From assembly GCA_964398815.1 (NCBI GenBank), contig CAYNNZ010000004.1, positions 8,074-72,073 on the forward strand: a stretch of 64,000 nucleotides of DNA. The letters run 5' to 3'. This DNA comes from an uncultured Candidatus Saccharibacteria bacterium (GTDB lineage Bacteria > Patescibacteriota > Minisyncoccia > Phycocordibacterales > Phycocordibacteraceae). Position numbers and translations under genes: made by a program. This document shows positions 57,597 through 64,000 of the stretch, piece after piece (within the stretch, counting starts at the first letter, position 1; each line of letters begins with the position of its first letter). The notes under the pieces are model-generated. The model searched no databases and was not told where the DNA came from. It worked only from the letters and a program-made list of their open reading frames with translations.

Positions 57597-57704
57597 ACGA
57601 AAAAGAGACCCGTCTGGGCCGATACCCCTGTCATAGGGCCATTCTAGCAAAGGAGTCGCTATCCACAAAGAACATCAGGCCCGTAGGCGGCATGTGTCCT
57701 AATT

Positions 57705-57733
57705 TTGACGCGGGAAATAAAACATGGTAGATT
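57705..57733 (+). promoter_or_regulatory. putative promoter of the cold-shock gene
   Basis: TTGACG-N17-TAGATT. The -10 element ends 9 nt before ATG 57743, which implies a leader of only a few nt. Confidence 0.4.
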
Positions 57734-57742
57734 CATTACATT

Positions 57743-57946
57743 ATGCAGCGCGGCAAGATTTCCCAGCTGGGCGACCGCGAATCCGGCTTCATCAAGCGGG
57801 ATGGCGCGAAGGAGGACCTCTTCTTCCATTCTGATGCGCTTCAGGGCATCACCTTCCGCGAGCTCAAGAAGGGGGACAAAGTGGTCTACACCGAAATCAA
57901 GAGCATGAAGGGTCCCTACGCGACTAAGGTCCTCAAGGACAAATAA
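57743..57946 (+). CDS. cold-shock domain protein
   Basis: 67 aa. GKISQLGDRESGFIKRDGAKEDLFFHSDAL (RNP1/RNP2-like) and KKGDKVVYTEI. Confidence 0.85.
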   Translation: MQRGKISQLGDRESGFIKRDGAKEDLFFHSDALQGITFRELKKGDKVVYTEIKSMKGPYATKVLKDK

Positions 57947-57949
57947 CAA

Positions 57950-57975
57950 AACAGCCCCTCGGGGCTGTTTTGCTT
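57950..57975. terminator. bidirectional intrinsic terminator
   Basis: ACAGCCCC-TC-GGGGCTGT followed by TTTGCTTTT, and preceded by AACAAAA. Confidence 0.7.
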
Positions 57976-57979
57976 TTGG

Positions 57980-58519
57980 CTACTGCTTTGGCTTTTTGAG
58001 CGCTTCGAGATCAGCGAGGAGTTTCTGCACATCGCTTGAGAGCTGCTCGAGAAGTGCCGCCTCATCGAGTGCGGCTTTCTCCCGTTTCTCTTTCCGCTGC
58101 TTCTGCTGCGTCACTTTCTGTTCCGCCTTCTCCTCTTCGCTCATTTCCTCGACATCTTCCTGAATCTCGTCGATGTCCTCACTGATTTCCTCGATGTCTT
58201 CCTGAATGTCCTCGACATCCTCCCCGAGCTCTTCGACATCTTCCTGAATTTCGTCGATGTCCTCCTCGACTTCGCGCAGCTGCTCGGTGTTACGGTTGAC
58301 CGCAATCTGGATGAAAATAGCCATATATATCGCCTCGAGCGAGACGACGGTGGTGAGGACCAGCAGCATCATCTGCCACTCCACGATGCCGAGCAGGGAG
58401 AGCAGGAAACACGCCACGAAAAAAATCGAGTGCAAAATCAAGGACGCTACCGATCCGATGGATGCGATAGCGGCCTCGATGAATGGAGTTTTCGGGCGCT
58501 CCTTTCTCATCAATCGCAC
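57980..58519 (-). CDS. DUF1003-like membrane protein with acidic tandem-repeat tail
   Basis: 179 aa. Two TM segments, SLEAIYMAIFIQIAVNRN block, then a repeated EDIDEIQEDVEE motif (exact twice) within a run of E/D-rich 7-mers. Confidence 0.7.
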   Translation of the reverse strand: MRLMRKERPKTPFIEAAIASIGSVASLILHSIFFVACFLLSLLGIVEWQMMLLVLTTVVSLEAIYMAIFIQIAVNRNTEQLREVEEDIDEIQEDVEELGEDVEDIQEDIEEISEDIDEIQEDVEEMSEEEKAEQKVTQQKQRKEKREKAALDEAALLEQLSSDVQKLLADLEALKKPKQ

Positions 58520-58740
58520 CGTATCTCTGTAACGCGTGTTTGTCTACCACTTCACTGATTGCGACAGTGCATAACATCAAACAAGTCGACCATGAGCGCG
58601 CATTCTGGAAAGTTTGAGTGCGAGGCGCGGGCAATCGAAGAGCGTAGGCGTATTCATATACGACGGAGCGAGGAGATGGGCGTCCGCAACGACGCAATCG
58701 AGCTTTGCAGTTGCGTGCGCTTTACTGTTAAAATTTGCAC

Positions 58741-59802
58741 ATGCCGGGCCCCCAAAGGACCTTAATGCCCCATACGTTTGGGCCTCAAAAGAAAAAACCG
58801 AGCTCGCAAGTTCGGAAAGCTTTGGTGTCTACCGGACCGGTTGTACTCTCCACGCTCGTGATGGCAATCGCGCTCTTCTCGCTTCCTTCTATTCTTTCGT
58901 TCGACCTACGCGCCGATGAGTTATCGCAGCGTGCGAAGGCGCCATTCCCCGTATCGGTCGACCCTGCACGCAAAGTCATTGTCGAGAGTCCTACTGCTGA
59001 CGCACTGCTGCGCGAGGGTACAAACCCCGCCCTTTCTGCAGCTGCTACACAGGCGAGTACCTTCATCGCATGGCTCGCCTCGAAGATTGCTGACTTCCCT
59101 GTCTATCGCCTGCTTGCAGGTGCGGACGTGAATTTCGTGACCATCCAGCCAGGGTACCGACAGGAACAGGTTGCTTCTGCGTTCGCGAGCAGTCTCGGCT
59201 GGAGTGTGAAGGAGCGCCAGGCATTCCTTGCAAACGTAAAATCGACGCCACCAACGCTTTCCGAAGGAGAGTTCGTGCCGGGCACGTATGAGGTGCATGG
59301 AGCAATGACGCCTACGGAGGTGCAGAACATGCTGAACGACCGCTTTACCGCGGAAATATTGAATCGCTACAGCACCACGACTTCAGAACAGGTTCCGCTC
59401 ATGGATGCGCTCACCATCGCTTCGCTCATCGAGCGCGAGACTGGCGGCACCGACGATATGCGTATGATTTCCGGAATTATCTGGAATCGTCTCTTTGTGA
59501 ATATGAACCTGCAGATTGATGCGACGCTGCAGTATGCGAAGTCCGCAAATACCAAATCATGGTGGCCACCCGTGAAGCCAGCCGATAAATACATAAAGTC
59601 CGCATATAACACCTATGCGCATCCGGGCCTCCCGCCAGGACCTATTGCGAGCCCTTCAGTTGCTGCGGTTATCGCTGCACTCAATCCGAAGCCGACGGAC
59701 TGCATCTTCTATTTCCATGACAAGTATGGAAACTTCCACTGCTCCGAGAATTACTCCGAGCACGTGAAGTCACTTAAAAAGTATTACGGTCAGGGGAAAT
59801 AA
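58741..59802 (+). CDS. MltG/YceG-like endolytic transglycosylase, second paralog
   Basis: SLIERETG, SAYNTYAHPGLPPGPIASPS, CIFYFH. ATG 58741 is preferred (the track start at 58735 is TTG). TGTTAAAAT extended -10 ends 6 nt upstream. Confidence 0.85.
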   Translation: MPGPQRTLMPHTFGPQKKKPSSQVRKALVSTGPVVLSTLVMAIALFSLPSILSFDLRADELSQRAKAPFPVSVDPARKVIVESPTADALLREGTNPALSAAATQASTFIAWLASKIADFPVYRLLAGADVNFVTIQPGYRQEQVASAFASSLGWSVKERQAFLANVKSTPPTLSEGEFVPGTYEVHGAMTPTEVQNMLNDRFTAEILNRYSTTTSEQVPLMDALTIASLIERETGGTDDMRMISGIIWNRLFVNMNLQIDATLQYAKSANTKSWWPPVKPADKYIKSAYNTYAHPGLPPGPIASPSVAAVIAALNPKPTDCIFYFHDKYGNFHCSENYSEHVKSLKKYYGQGK

Positions 59803-59812
59803 GTAGAAGCGG

Positions 59813-60052
59813 TCACCCGGATGACCGCTTCACCACTTTGACTTCGCGTCTGCGGATGAACTTATCCATACCCGCAACGTGATAGCTCGGGATGCCCTCG
59901 GGATCATCTTCTTGATTGCGTCCCTTCACGCGCACCTGCGTTCCGATAAGTTCGCAGACACACCCCGGATTGTCGCCGTGGACCTGAGCTTCGCAGCTGT
60001 GAATGACCACGTCCTCGCCGATGATCTTGTCATCGTATGTCCAGCACAGCAT
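59813..60052 (-). CDS. hypothetical small protein (79 aa)
   Basis: ATG 60052 preceded by AAGGGGAAGG. Cys-containing (CWTYDD, HSCEAQVHGDNPGCVCE). Confidence 0.45.
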   Translation of the reverse strand: MLCWTYDDKIIGEDVVIHSCEAQVHGDNPGCVCELIGTQVRVKGRNQEDDPEGIPSYHVAGMDKFIRRREVKVVKRSSG

Positions 60053-60066
60053 GGCCTTCCCCTTCA

Positions 60067-60094
60067 ATTATCACAACGTGCCTGTTGTGATAAT
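60067..60094. promoter_or_regulatory. 11-bp inverted repeat upstream of the 60052 gene
   Basis: ATTATCACAAC-GTGCCT-GTTGTGATAAT. Possible operator or 5' hairpin. Confidence 0.3.
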
Positions 60095-60129
60095 CTCACA
60101 CCATTCGGATGTAAGCATACTTACCTCTG

Positions 60130-60290
60130 ACATTCGGGCCGTATCCATTGCTTGCATGGATACGTTCCCTCGTTCCGGAGAAACCGTACAAGCATACTTG
60201 TCCGATTCTCCTACTCTCGGGCCGTATGTAGGCATACGACCTTTCATTCCGCTCGAATATCAAAAGCTTTTTTGATATTCTCGCTACATT
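60130..60290 (+). repeat. two tRNA-Pro 5'-fragment repeats embedded in a hairpin array
   Basis: ACATTCGGGCCGTA at 60130-60143 is identical to 60286-60299 (the leader plus first 9 nt of tRNA-Pro-GGG). TCGGGCCGTAT recurs at 60217-60227. Unit spacings of 83 and 73 nt are tRNA-sized. Neither upstream unit has a matching 3' acceptor strand. Confidence 0.5.
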
Positions 60291-60361
60291 CGGGCCGTAG
60301 TATACCGGTAGTACGCGTCCATGGGGTGGATGTAGACCGAGTTCGATTCTCGGCGGCCCGA
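60291..60361 (+). tRNA. tRNA-Pro (anticodon GGG), CCA not encoded
   Basis: Acceptor CGGGCCG/CGGCCCG (C1-G72); D arm GTAT-ACCGGTA-GTAC; anticodon arm CGTCC-ATGGGGT-GGATG; T arm CCGAG-TTCGATT-CTCGG; A73. Confidence 0.9.
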
Positions 60362-60365
60362 CAAA

Positions 60366-60773
60366 TCACATTTTGAAAACTTTGGTCGCAACGATGTAGG
60401 TGAGCCCTGAAGTGACGGCAGTCATAATTGTTCCCCACGCAATATCGATAAGCGCACCATAGAGCGGCCAGCCAGTGAGCGTCGCAATATTCGTGAGGTC
60501 ATACGTCATGTATGCAGTCGCGCCGAGAACGGCACCCCATATAACGGCTGTGGATAACGAACGGAGGGCGAGTGCGGGTTTGAGCACGAAGAAAATGAGC
60601 GAGAGCGAGTAGACGACGTAAAAGATTCCAGCAGCCCACAGGACCGGGTCAGGACGGAAGAACGCACCGAACTGCGCATGATAGAACCCGCTTGCGATGA
60701 CGCCTATCCAGCTCGCGTCGAGCGCGACCGAAATAGGAAGTGCGAGACAAAAAAGTTTGAGATACGTTCTCAT
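60366..60773 (-). CDS. DUF2177-like four-TM membrane protein
   Basis: 135 aa. LDASWIGVIASGFY, MTYDLTN blocks (recalled family resemblance). Confidence 0.65.
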   Translation of the reverse strand: MRTYLKLFCLALPISVALDASWIGVIASGFYHAQFGAFFRPDPVLWAAGIFYVVYSLSLIFFVLKPALALRSLSTAVIWGAVLGATAYMTYDLTNIATLTGWPLYGALIDIAWGTIMTAVTSGLTYIVATKVFKM

Positions 60774-60775
60774 AG

Positions 60776-61246
60776 CTACGGGTTAAGAAGAATAATACCG
60801 AGATTGAGGCTGGACGCGTACGTAACCCACAGTAAGTACGGAATAAGTAGATAGGTCGCGCGATGTGAGAATCGCCAGAAGAAAATCATCATCGCGACGA
60901 TGAGGAGCCAAAGCGACTTGATGATTACTAGAGCCGATACGACATCCTCGAGACCGAAGAACACGACTGACCACGCGATATTAACGCCTAAATGCAGCAC
61001 AAATAGCGCAATAGCCCACTCACGACCCTTGCTACCAGAATTCCACACGAATCCGGCCGAGAGACCCATAAGGATGTAGAGCGTGTTCCAGACCGGACCG
61101 AAGACCCAGTTCGGCGGAGTCCACGAAGGATGTACCAACCCTGCGTACCATGAGCCTATTGCTGGAAAGGTGAATAACGATCCGATGCCTCCTGCTGCGA
61201 GCGAAAGTGCCACAAAAAAAGCGAATGGTTTCCAGGCAGTTTTCAT
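60776..61246 (-). CDS. tspO: TspO/MBR family tryptophan-rich sensory protein
   Basis: 156 aa from MKTAWKPF. WYAGLVHPSWTPPNWVFGPVWNTLYILMG, LHLGVNIAWSVVFF, YLLWVTYASSLN. Confidence 0.9.
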   Translation of the reverse strand: MKTAWKPFAFFVALSLAAGGIGSLFTFPAIGSWYAGLVHPSWTPPNWVFGPVWNTLYILMGLSAGFVWNSGSKGREWAIALFVLHLGVNIAWSVVFFGLEDVVSALVIIKSLWLLIVAMMIFFWRFSHRATYLLIPYLLWVTYASSLNLGIILLNP

Positions 61247-61295
61247 ATATGCATTATAGCCATTTGAGGCTCCATTTGTTATCGTGCGCAATACT

Positions 61296-61370
61296 GGACG
61301 ATTAGCTCAGTTGGTAGAGCGTTCGCTTCACACGCGAAAGGTCACAGGTCCGAGCCCTGTATCGTCCACC
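61296..61370 (+). tRNA. tRNA-Val (anticodon CAC) with unusual T-loop TCCGAGC
   Basis: Acceptor GGACGAT/ATCGTCC; D arm TAGCTCAGTTGGTAGAGC; anticodon arm TTCGC-TTCACAC-GCGAA; T arm ACAGG-TCCGAGC-CCTGT; A73 then CC. Confidence 0.85.
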
Positions 61371-61404
61371 CGGGTTAACCCGAATAGCCCGGCCCAACAA
61401 CTAA

Positions 61405-61478
61405 CGGGGCGTAGTATACCGGTAGTACGCACGCTTCGGGTGCGTGAAGACCGAGTTCGATTCTCGGCGTCCCGACCA
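61405..61478 (+). tRNA. tRNA-Pro (anticodon CGG), CCA encoded
   Basis: Acceptor CGGGGCG/CGTCCCG; same D arm and T arm as tRNA-Pro-GGG; anticodon arm CACGC-TTCGGGT-GCGTG; ACCA end. Confidence 0.9.
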
Positions 61479-61531
61479 GTGCTTTATACTAATGAGAGTT
61501 ACTTTACCGCTTGCAACTAAACAACATTCAT

Positions 61532-61780
61532 ATGGCACCAAACGCAGGATTCGCAAAACCAATGACCCTCTCGCCTGAGCTTGAGGCAGTTATCGGCGCA
61601 GGACCCCTTCCGCGCTCTGAAGTTACCAAGAAGATCTGGGAGTACATCAAGAAACATGACCTCCAGAACCCAGCCAACAAGCGCAACATCCTCGCAGATG
61701 ACAAGCTGAAGGCAATCTTCGGAAAGGATGAGGTCACCATGTTCGAGATGACGAAGCTCGTCTCCGGACACCTCTCGTAA
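61532..61780 (+). CDS. SWIB/MDM2 domain protein
   Basis: 82 aa. LSPELEAVIGAGPLPRSEVTKKIWEYIKKHDLQNPANKRNILADDKLKAIFG. Confidence 0.85.
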   Translation: MAPNAGFAKPMTLSPELEAVIGAGPLPRSEVTKKIWEYIKKHDLQNPANKRNILADDKLKAIFGKDEVTMFEMTKLVSGHLS

Positions 61781-61800
61781 TCTGAATCCGTTCGAATGCA

Positions 61801-61826
61801 AAAGACCGCCCGAGGGCGGTCTTTTG
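61801..61826. terminator. bidirectional intrinsic terminator
   Basis: AAAGACCGCC-CGAG-GGCGGTCTTTT. Confidence 0.7.
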
Positions 61827-62384
61827 CTATTTGAACTTCACCGAATCGAGAACATCGCTCACCTCCTTTACGACGACATCGTCTGCCGAGAGCCAGGTGT
61901 AGCTGAATACGTATATATGGTCCCCGAAGGAGACAATGCTGCTATTGCCTTCATAGAGGCCAGACCAGTCGAACGAGACTGCCGGAAGGCCGCCAATCAC
62001 GATTCCGTCACGAACTATCGATTGCTTGGTCCAGTTCGTATCCTGCCGCATCCATTCCTCTGGCGTGAGGTGCTGCGGGTTCTTATAGATATCGATGGTA
62101 ATGCTCGGAGGTCCTTCTCCCGCTACCGGCGCAGTGCTGTTTAGGATTGCGCGATTACTTTCCGAATTTTCCACAAGAACGACTGAGCGTTCCAGCTTTG
62201 CTTCGTTCGCGACGCGCTCCTTCATGTAGAGCGTGGGTCGATAGGTGAACGTAAGGCCCGCATTCGAGTATGTGAGCGTCCCTACCGTAGGCGGATTAGC
62301 CGTCTGGCGTGACTGGTAATGCCAGTATGCGAGTCCGACAAACACAAGAACGATTACTAGCAGGACAGCAAGTTTCTTCTTCAT
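61827..62384 (-). CDS. hypothetical exported protein
   Basis: 185 aa. N-terminal signal/anchor MKKKLAVLLVIVLVFVGLAYW. Confidence 0.6.
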   Translation of the reverse strand: MKKKLAVLLVIVLVFVGLAYWHYQSRQTANPPTVGTLTYSNAGLTFTYRPTLYMKERVANEAKLERSVVLVENSESNRAILNSTAPVAGEGPPSITIDIYKNPQHLTPEEWMRQDTNWTKQSIVRDGIVIGGLPAVSFDWSGLYEGNSSIVSFGDHIYVFSYTWLSADDVVVKEVSDVLDSVKFK

Positions 62385-62386
62385 AC

Positions 62387-62746
62387 TTACTCAACAATCG
62401 TCTTGAATCCGCCGTAGCTGAAGTGCCTCGTGTCTACCGGCATCTTCTCGTGCTTATATTTGTCGTTGAAGTACTTCATCACCTGCTTATTCACCTTGTC
62501 GCGATGCGCGCGCGACTTGTAGACGATGTAGGAGAAGACGACAACTTCATTTGGTTTTGCGTTTGTCATCTTCCGGAACGGGTTCGGTACATACTTCCCG
62601 CCCGCTAAGTCATCTCCGATGCACTCCTTGTAATCGAGCGCGCCATATTTCATCCACATTTTCTTCCCTTCCGTCGCCATTTTCTTGTATGCAGCGAGCT
62701 GGGTCTTCGGGAAGGTAATTACGAATCCATCAACGTAGGTAGCCAT
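62387..62746 (-). CDS. DUF1428 family protein
   Basis: 119 aa. YVDGFVITFPK, GALDYKEC, VVFSYIVYKSRAHRD, GGF. Confidence 0.8.
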   Translation of the reverse strand: MATYVDGFVITFPKTQLAAYKKMATEGKKMWMKYGALDYKECIGDDLAGGKYVPNPFRKMTNAKPNEVVVFSYIVYKSRAHRDKVNKQVMKYFNDKYKHEKMPVDTRHFSYGGFKTIVE

Positions 62747-62757
62747 AGGTATGTAGG

Positions 62758-62979
62758 TTAGCGAAGCGGACCATCCAGGAGCGAGTCTATCTCGCGCACA
62801 GCGCGACGCAGATACTCTCGCATGCCCGTGCGCTTTTCGCGTGCATTCTCCTCGGATGTAGGGTCGTTGTAGTAGTAATCGATGACTTCGCGGGTAAGCG
62901 AGTCGCGGATGCCCGTCACGCGATTAATAAGGTCGCGATGCTCGCTTGCCGCACGGGAAAGGTCGAATTCGTCTGCCAT
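62758..62979 (-). CDS. hypothetical small protein (73 aa)
   Basis: Charged, helical. No SD and no motif. Confidence 0.45.
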   Translation of the reverse strand: MADEFDLSRAASEHRDLINRVTGIRDSLTREVIDYYYNDPTSEENAREKRTGMREYLRRAVREIDSLLDGPLR

Positions 62980-63114
62980 AGGGAAATGGTACCACTCGCC
63001 TCATACGAAAATTTGTCTCTCGTAAATTGCTTTTTTATAAAATCGTGGTATTTTCTGCTCGTCATGTCTTCCGTTGTGGCGGACCTCTGACCTGGGTTAT
63101 GAAAGGACCTTGTT

Positions 63115-63729
63115 ATGCACTCAGCTCTCTGCCAAGCAGGCGGACTCCTGAAACACCTCATCGACAACCTCGATGGGAAGAACGGCGAAGAATGGTTGGA
63201 GATCTTGCGGCGAGCGCTTCGCCGCCAGAACCCATTCGAACTTCCGCAGCCCGATTTCGACACGGCGTTTGTGCTGGAGATGAGGAGCCGGAATTTCGAT
63301 GAGGTCTTCGCCCAGCTCAGGACGCACCTCTTCGGTATCTCCGACCGATACCTTCGTGCGAGTGGCGGCGAGGGAATCTTCTTCGGCGGCATACCCTTCG
63401 ACCAGCACATCGTCCTGGTCACTCCGGCGCAGCTGGGTGTGCGCACCCTGATGGGGAACGCTTCGGATCTTGCTCACCTGTGGGTGCGAGCCGAGGAGTT
63501 TGGTCTCAAGCCCTGCTTGCCGGCGACCGCACCCCTCGCGGTGCTCCAGCATCCGGATTGGTTCGCTTCACGAGAGTACGTGTACTTCGCGAGTCGGCCG
63601 TTCGAAGACGAGAAGGTCTGGTACACCCACAAGCACAACGGGAAGGTGACGCTCGACACCTGTCCCGCGGCATTGGACACCGAGGTCTTCCCGGACGAGC
63701 AGTGGGCCTTCTGGCTCCCTAACGGATAG
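63115..63729 (+). CDS. hypothetical protein (204 aa)
   Basis: SD GAAAGGA upstream and a terminator downstream. No motif recognised. Confidence 0.5.
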   Translation: MHSALCQAGGLLKHLIDNLDGKNGEEWLEILRRALRRQNPFELPQPDFDTAFVLEMRSRNFDEVFAQLRTHLFGISDRYLRASGGEGIFFGGIPFDQHIVLVTPAQLGVRTLMGNASDLAHLWVRAEEFGLKPCLPATAPLAVLQHPDWFASREYVYFASRPFEDEKVWYTHKHNGKVTLDTCPAALDTEVFPDEQWAFWLPNG

Positions 63730-63756
63730 CCAGCAGCACATCAGGGCAAAAGCCCA

Positions 63757-63790
63757 GAGCCCCGCGTAGTATGCGGGGCTCGATTTTTTA
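63757..63790 (+). terminator. intrinsic terminator
   Basis: GAGCCCCGC-GTAGTAT-GCGGGGCTC followed by GATTTTTTATA. Confidence 0.7.
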
Positions 63791-63867
63791 TAGGTTAATG
63801 GTGACTGTCCCTATTTTCTCTATTTCCTGTGAGGACGTCCCCGACGTCGCCTAGGTCCTGAGGTGAC

Positions 63868-64000
63868 TTAATCCGATAGGCCGTGATCGCGGAGACAGCT
63901 TCGGTAATTCAAGTCGATGTCAGATGTCTGCAGAACACTCTGATAGCAGGTGCGCCGTATATTCATAATTTGCTCGTTACTCGAGTAGCTCATCCATGCC
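63868..64000 (-). CDS. possible C-terminal fragment of an ORF entering from beyond the window end
   Basis: The minus frame is open from 64000 to the stop at 63868-63870 (...MSYSSNEQIMNIRRTCYQSVLQTSDIDLNYRSCLRDHGLSD). No motif. Confidence 0.2.
   Translation of the reverse strand, partial: AWMSYSSNEQIMNIRRTCYQSVLQTSDIDLNYRSCLRDHGLSD

Noticed and set aside
58520-58740. 57-68-aa plus-strand ORF (58559..58765) in the spacer before the second mltG
   Set aside because: It overlaps the mltG promoter and start and has no SD or motif. The spacer may hold regulatory signals, but I could not define a convincing structure.
60130-60361. A possible CRISPR-like or mobile-element repeat array, because of the thrice-repeated CGGGCCGTA motif
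   Set aside because: The repeats are only 11-14 nt, correspond to the tRNA-Pro 5' end, and have unequal spacers of 73 and 83 nt. No cas, integrase or transposase genes are present in the window. It is better explained as tRNA-fragment duplication.
61284-61520. 78-aa plus-strand ORF
   Set aside because: It is composed of tRNA-Val, the spacer and tRNA-Pro sequences, so it is an artefact of open frames across tRNA genes.

Overview
This 64 kb window is a compact bacterial chromosome segment, coded almost entirely on the minus strand and dominated by housekeeping genes. These include:
- six aminoacyl-tRNA synthetases: AspRS (partial), TrpRS, TyrRS, class I LysRS, AlaRS and LeuRS;
- grpE-dnaK-dnaJ;
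- infA-rpmJ-rpsM-rpsK-rpsD-rpoA-rplQ-rplM-rpsI;
- a complete F1Fo ATP synthase operon;
- ung, mnmA, ychF, two mltG paralogs, an M16 peptidase pair, ABC-F and ABC-exporter genes, and a cold-shock protein;
- four tRNAs: Tyr-GTA, Pro-GGG, Val-CAC and Pro-CGG.

I saw no rRNA, CRISPR array, transposase or integrase. The gene content suggests a streamlined, uncultivated Patescibacteria/CPR-like lineage. The pointers are a class I LysRS, an archaeal-type AspRS, an AlaRS lacking C-Ala, a truncated ATP synthase epsilon, many small membrane or hypothetical ORFs, and SWIB and HARE-HTH proteins. This placement is inference only.

Short islands of hypothetical genes sit between the housekeeping blocks. By eye they look G+C-richer, and in two cases AT-richer, than their neighbours; I did not compute composition.

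The most interesting observations are:
1. A 621-aa protein fuses an acylating-type aldehyde dehydrogenase domain to a C-terminal domain that aligns with the C-terminus of the class I LysRS encoded 2.4 kb away. I propose it as a candidate aminoacyl-tRNA-directed reductase.
2. LeuRS carries a complete canonical Nudix box domain inserted inside CP1.
3. Two adjacent candidate small or structured RNAs lie upstream of ychF. One has a promoter, a 12-bp stem, C-rich loops and an intrinsic terminator.
4. Two long perfect palindromes (40 and 36 nt) share the design GTTAA-N3-TGCGATATATCGCA-N3-TTAAC.
5. A hairpin-rich array with tRNA-Pro 5' fragment repeats precedes tRNA-Pro(GGG), and a TspO/DUF2177 cassette is bracketed by two tRNA-Pro genes.
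6. An mnmA / ATP-cone nuclease / Cas4-like nuclease / ung gene string is tightly packed on one strand.

All functional calls rest on hand-recognised motifs. No database search was run.
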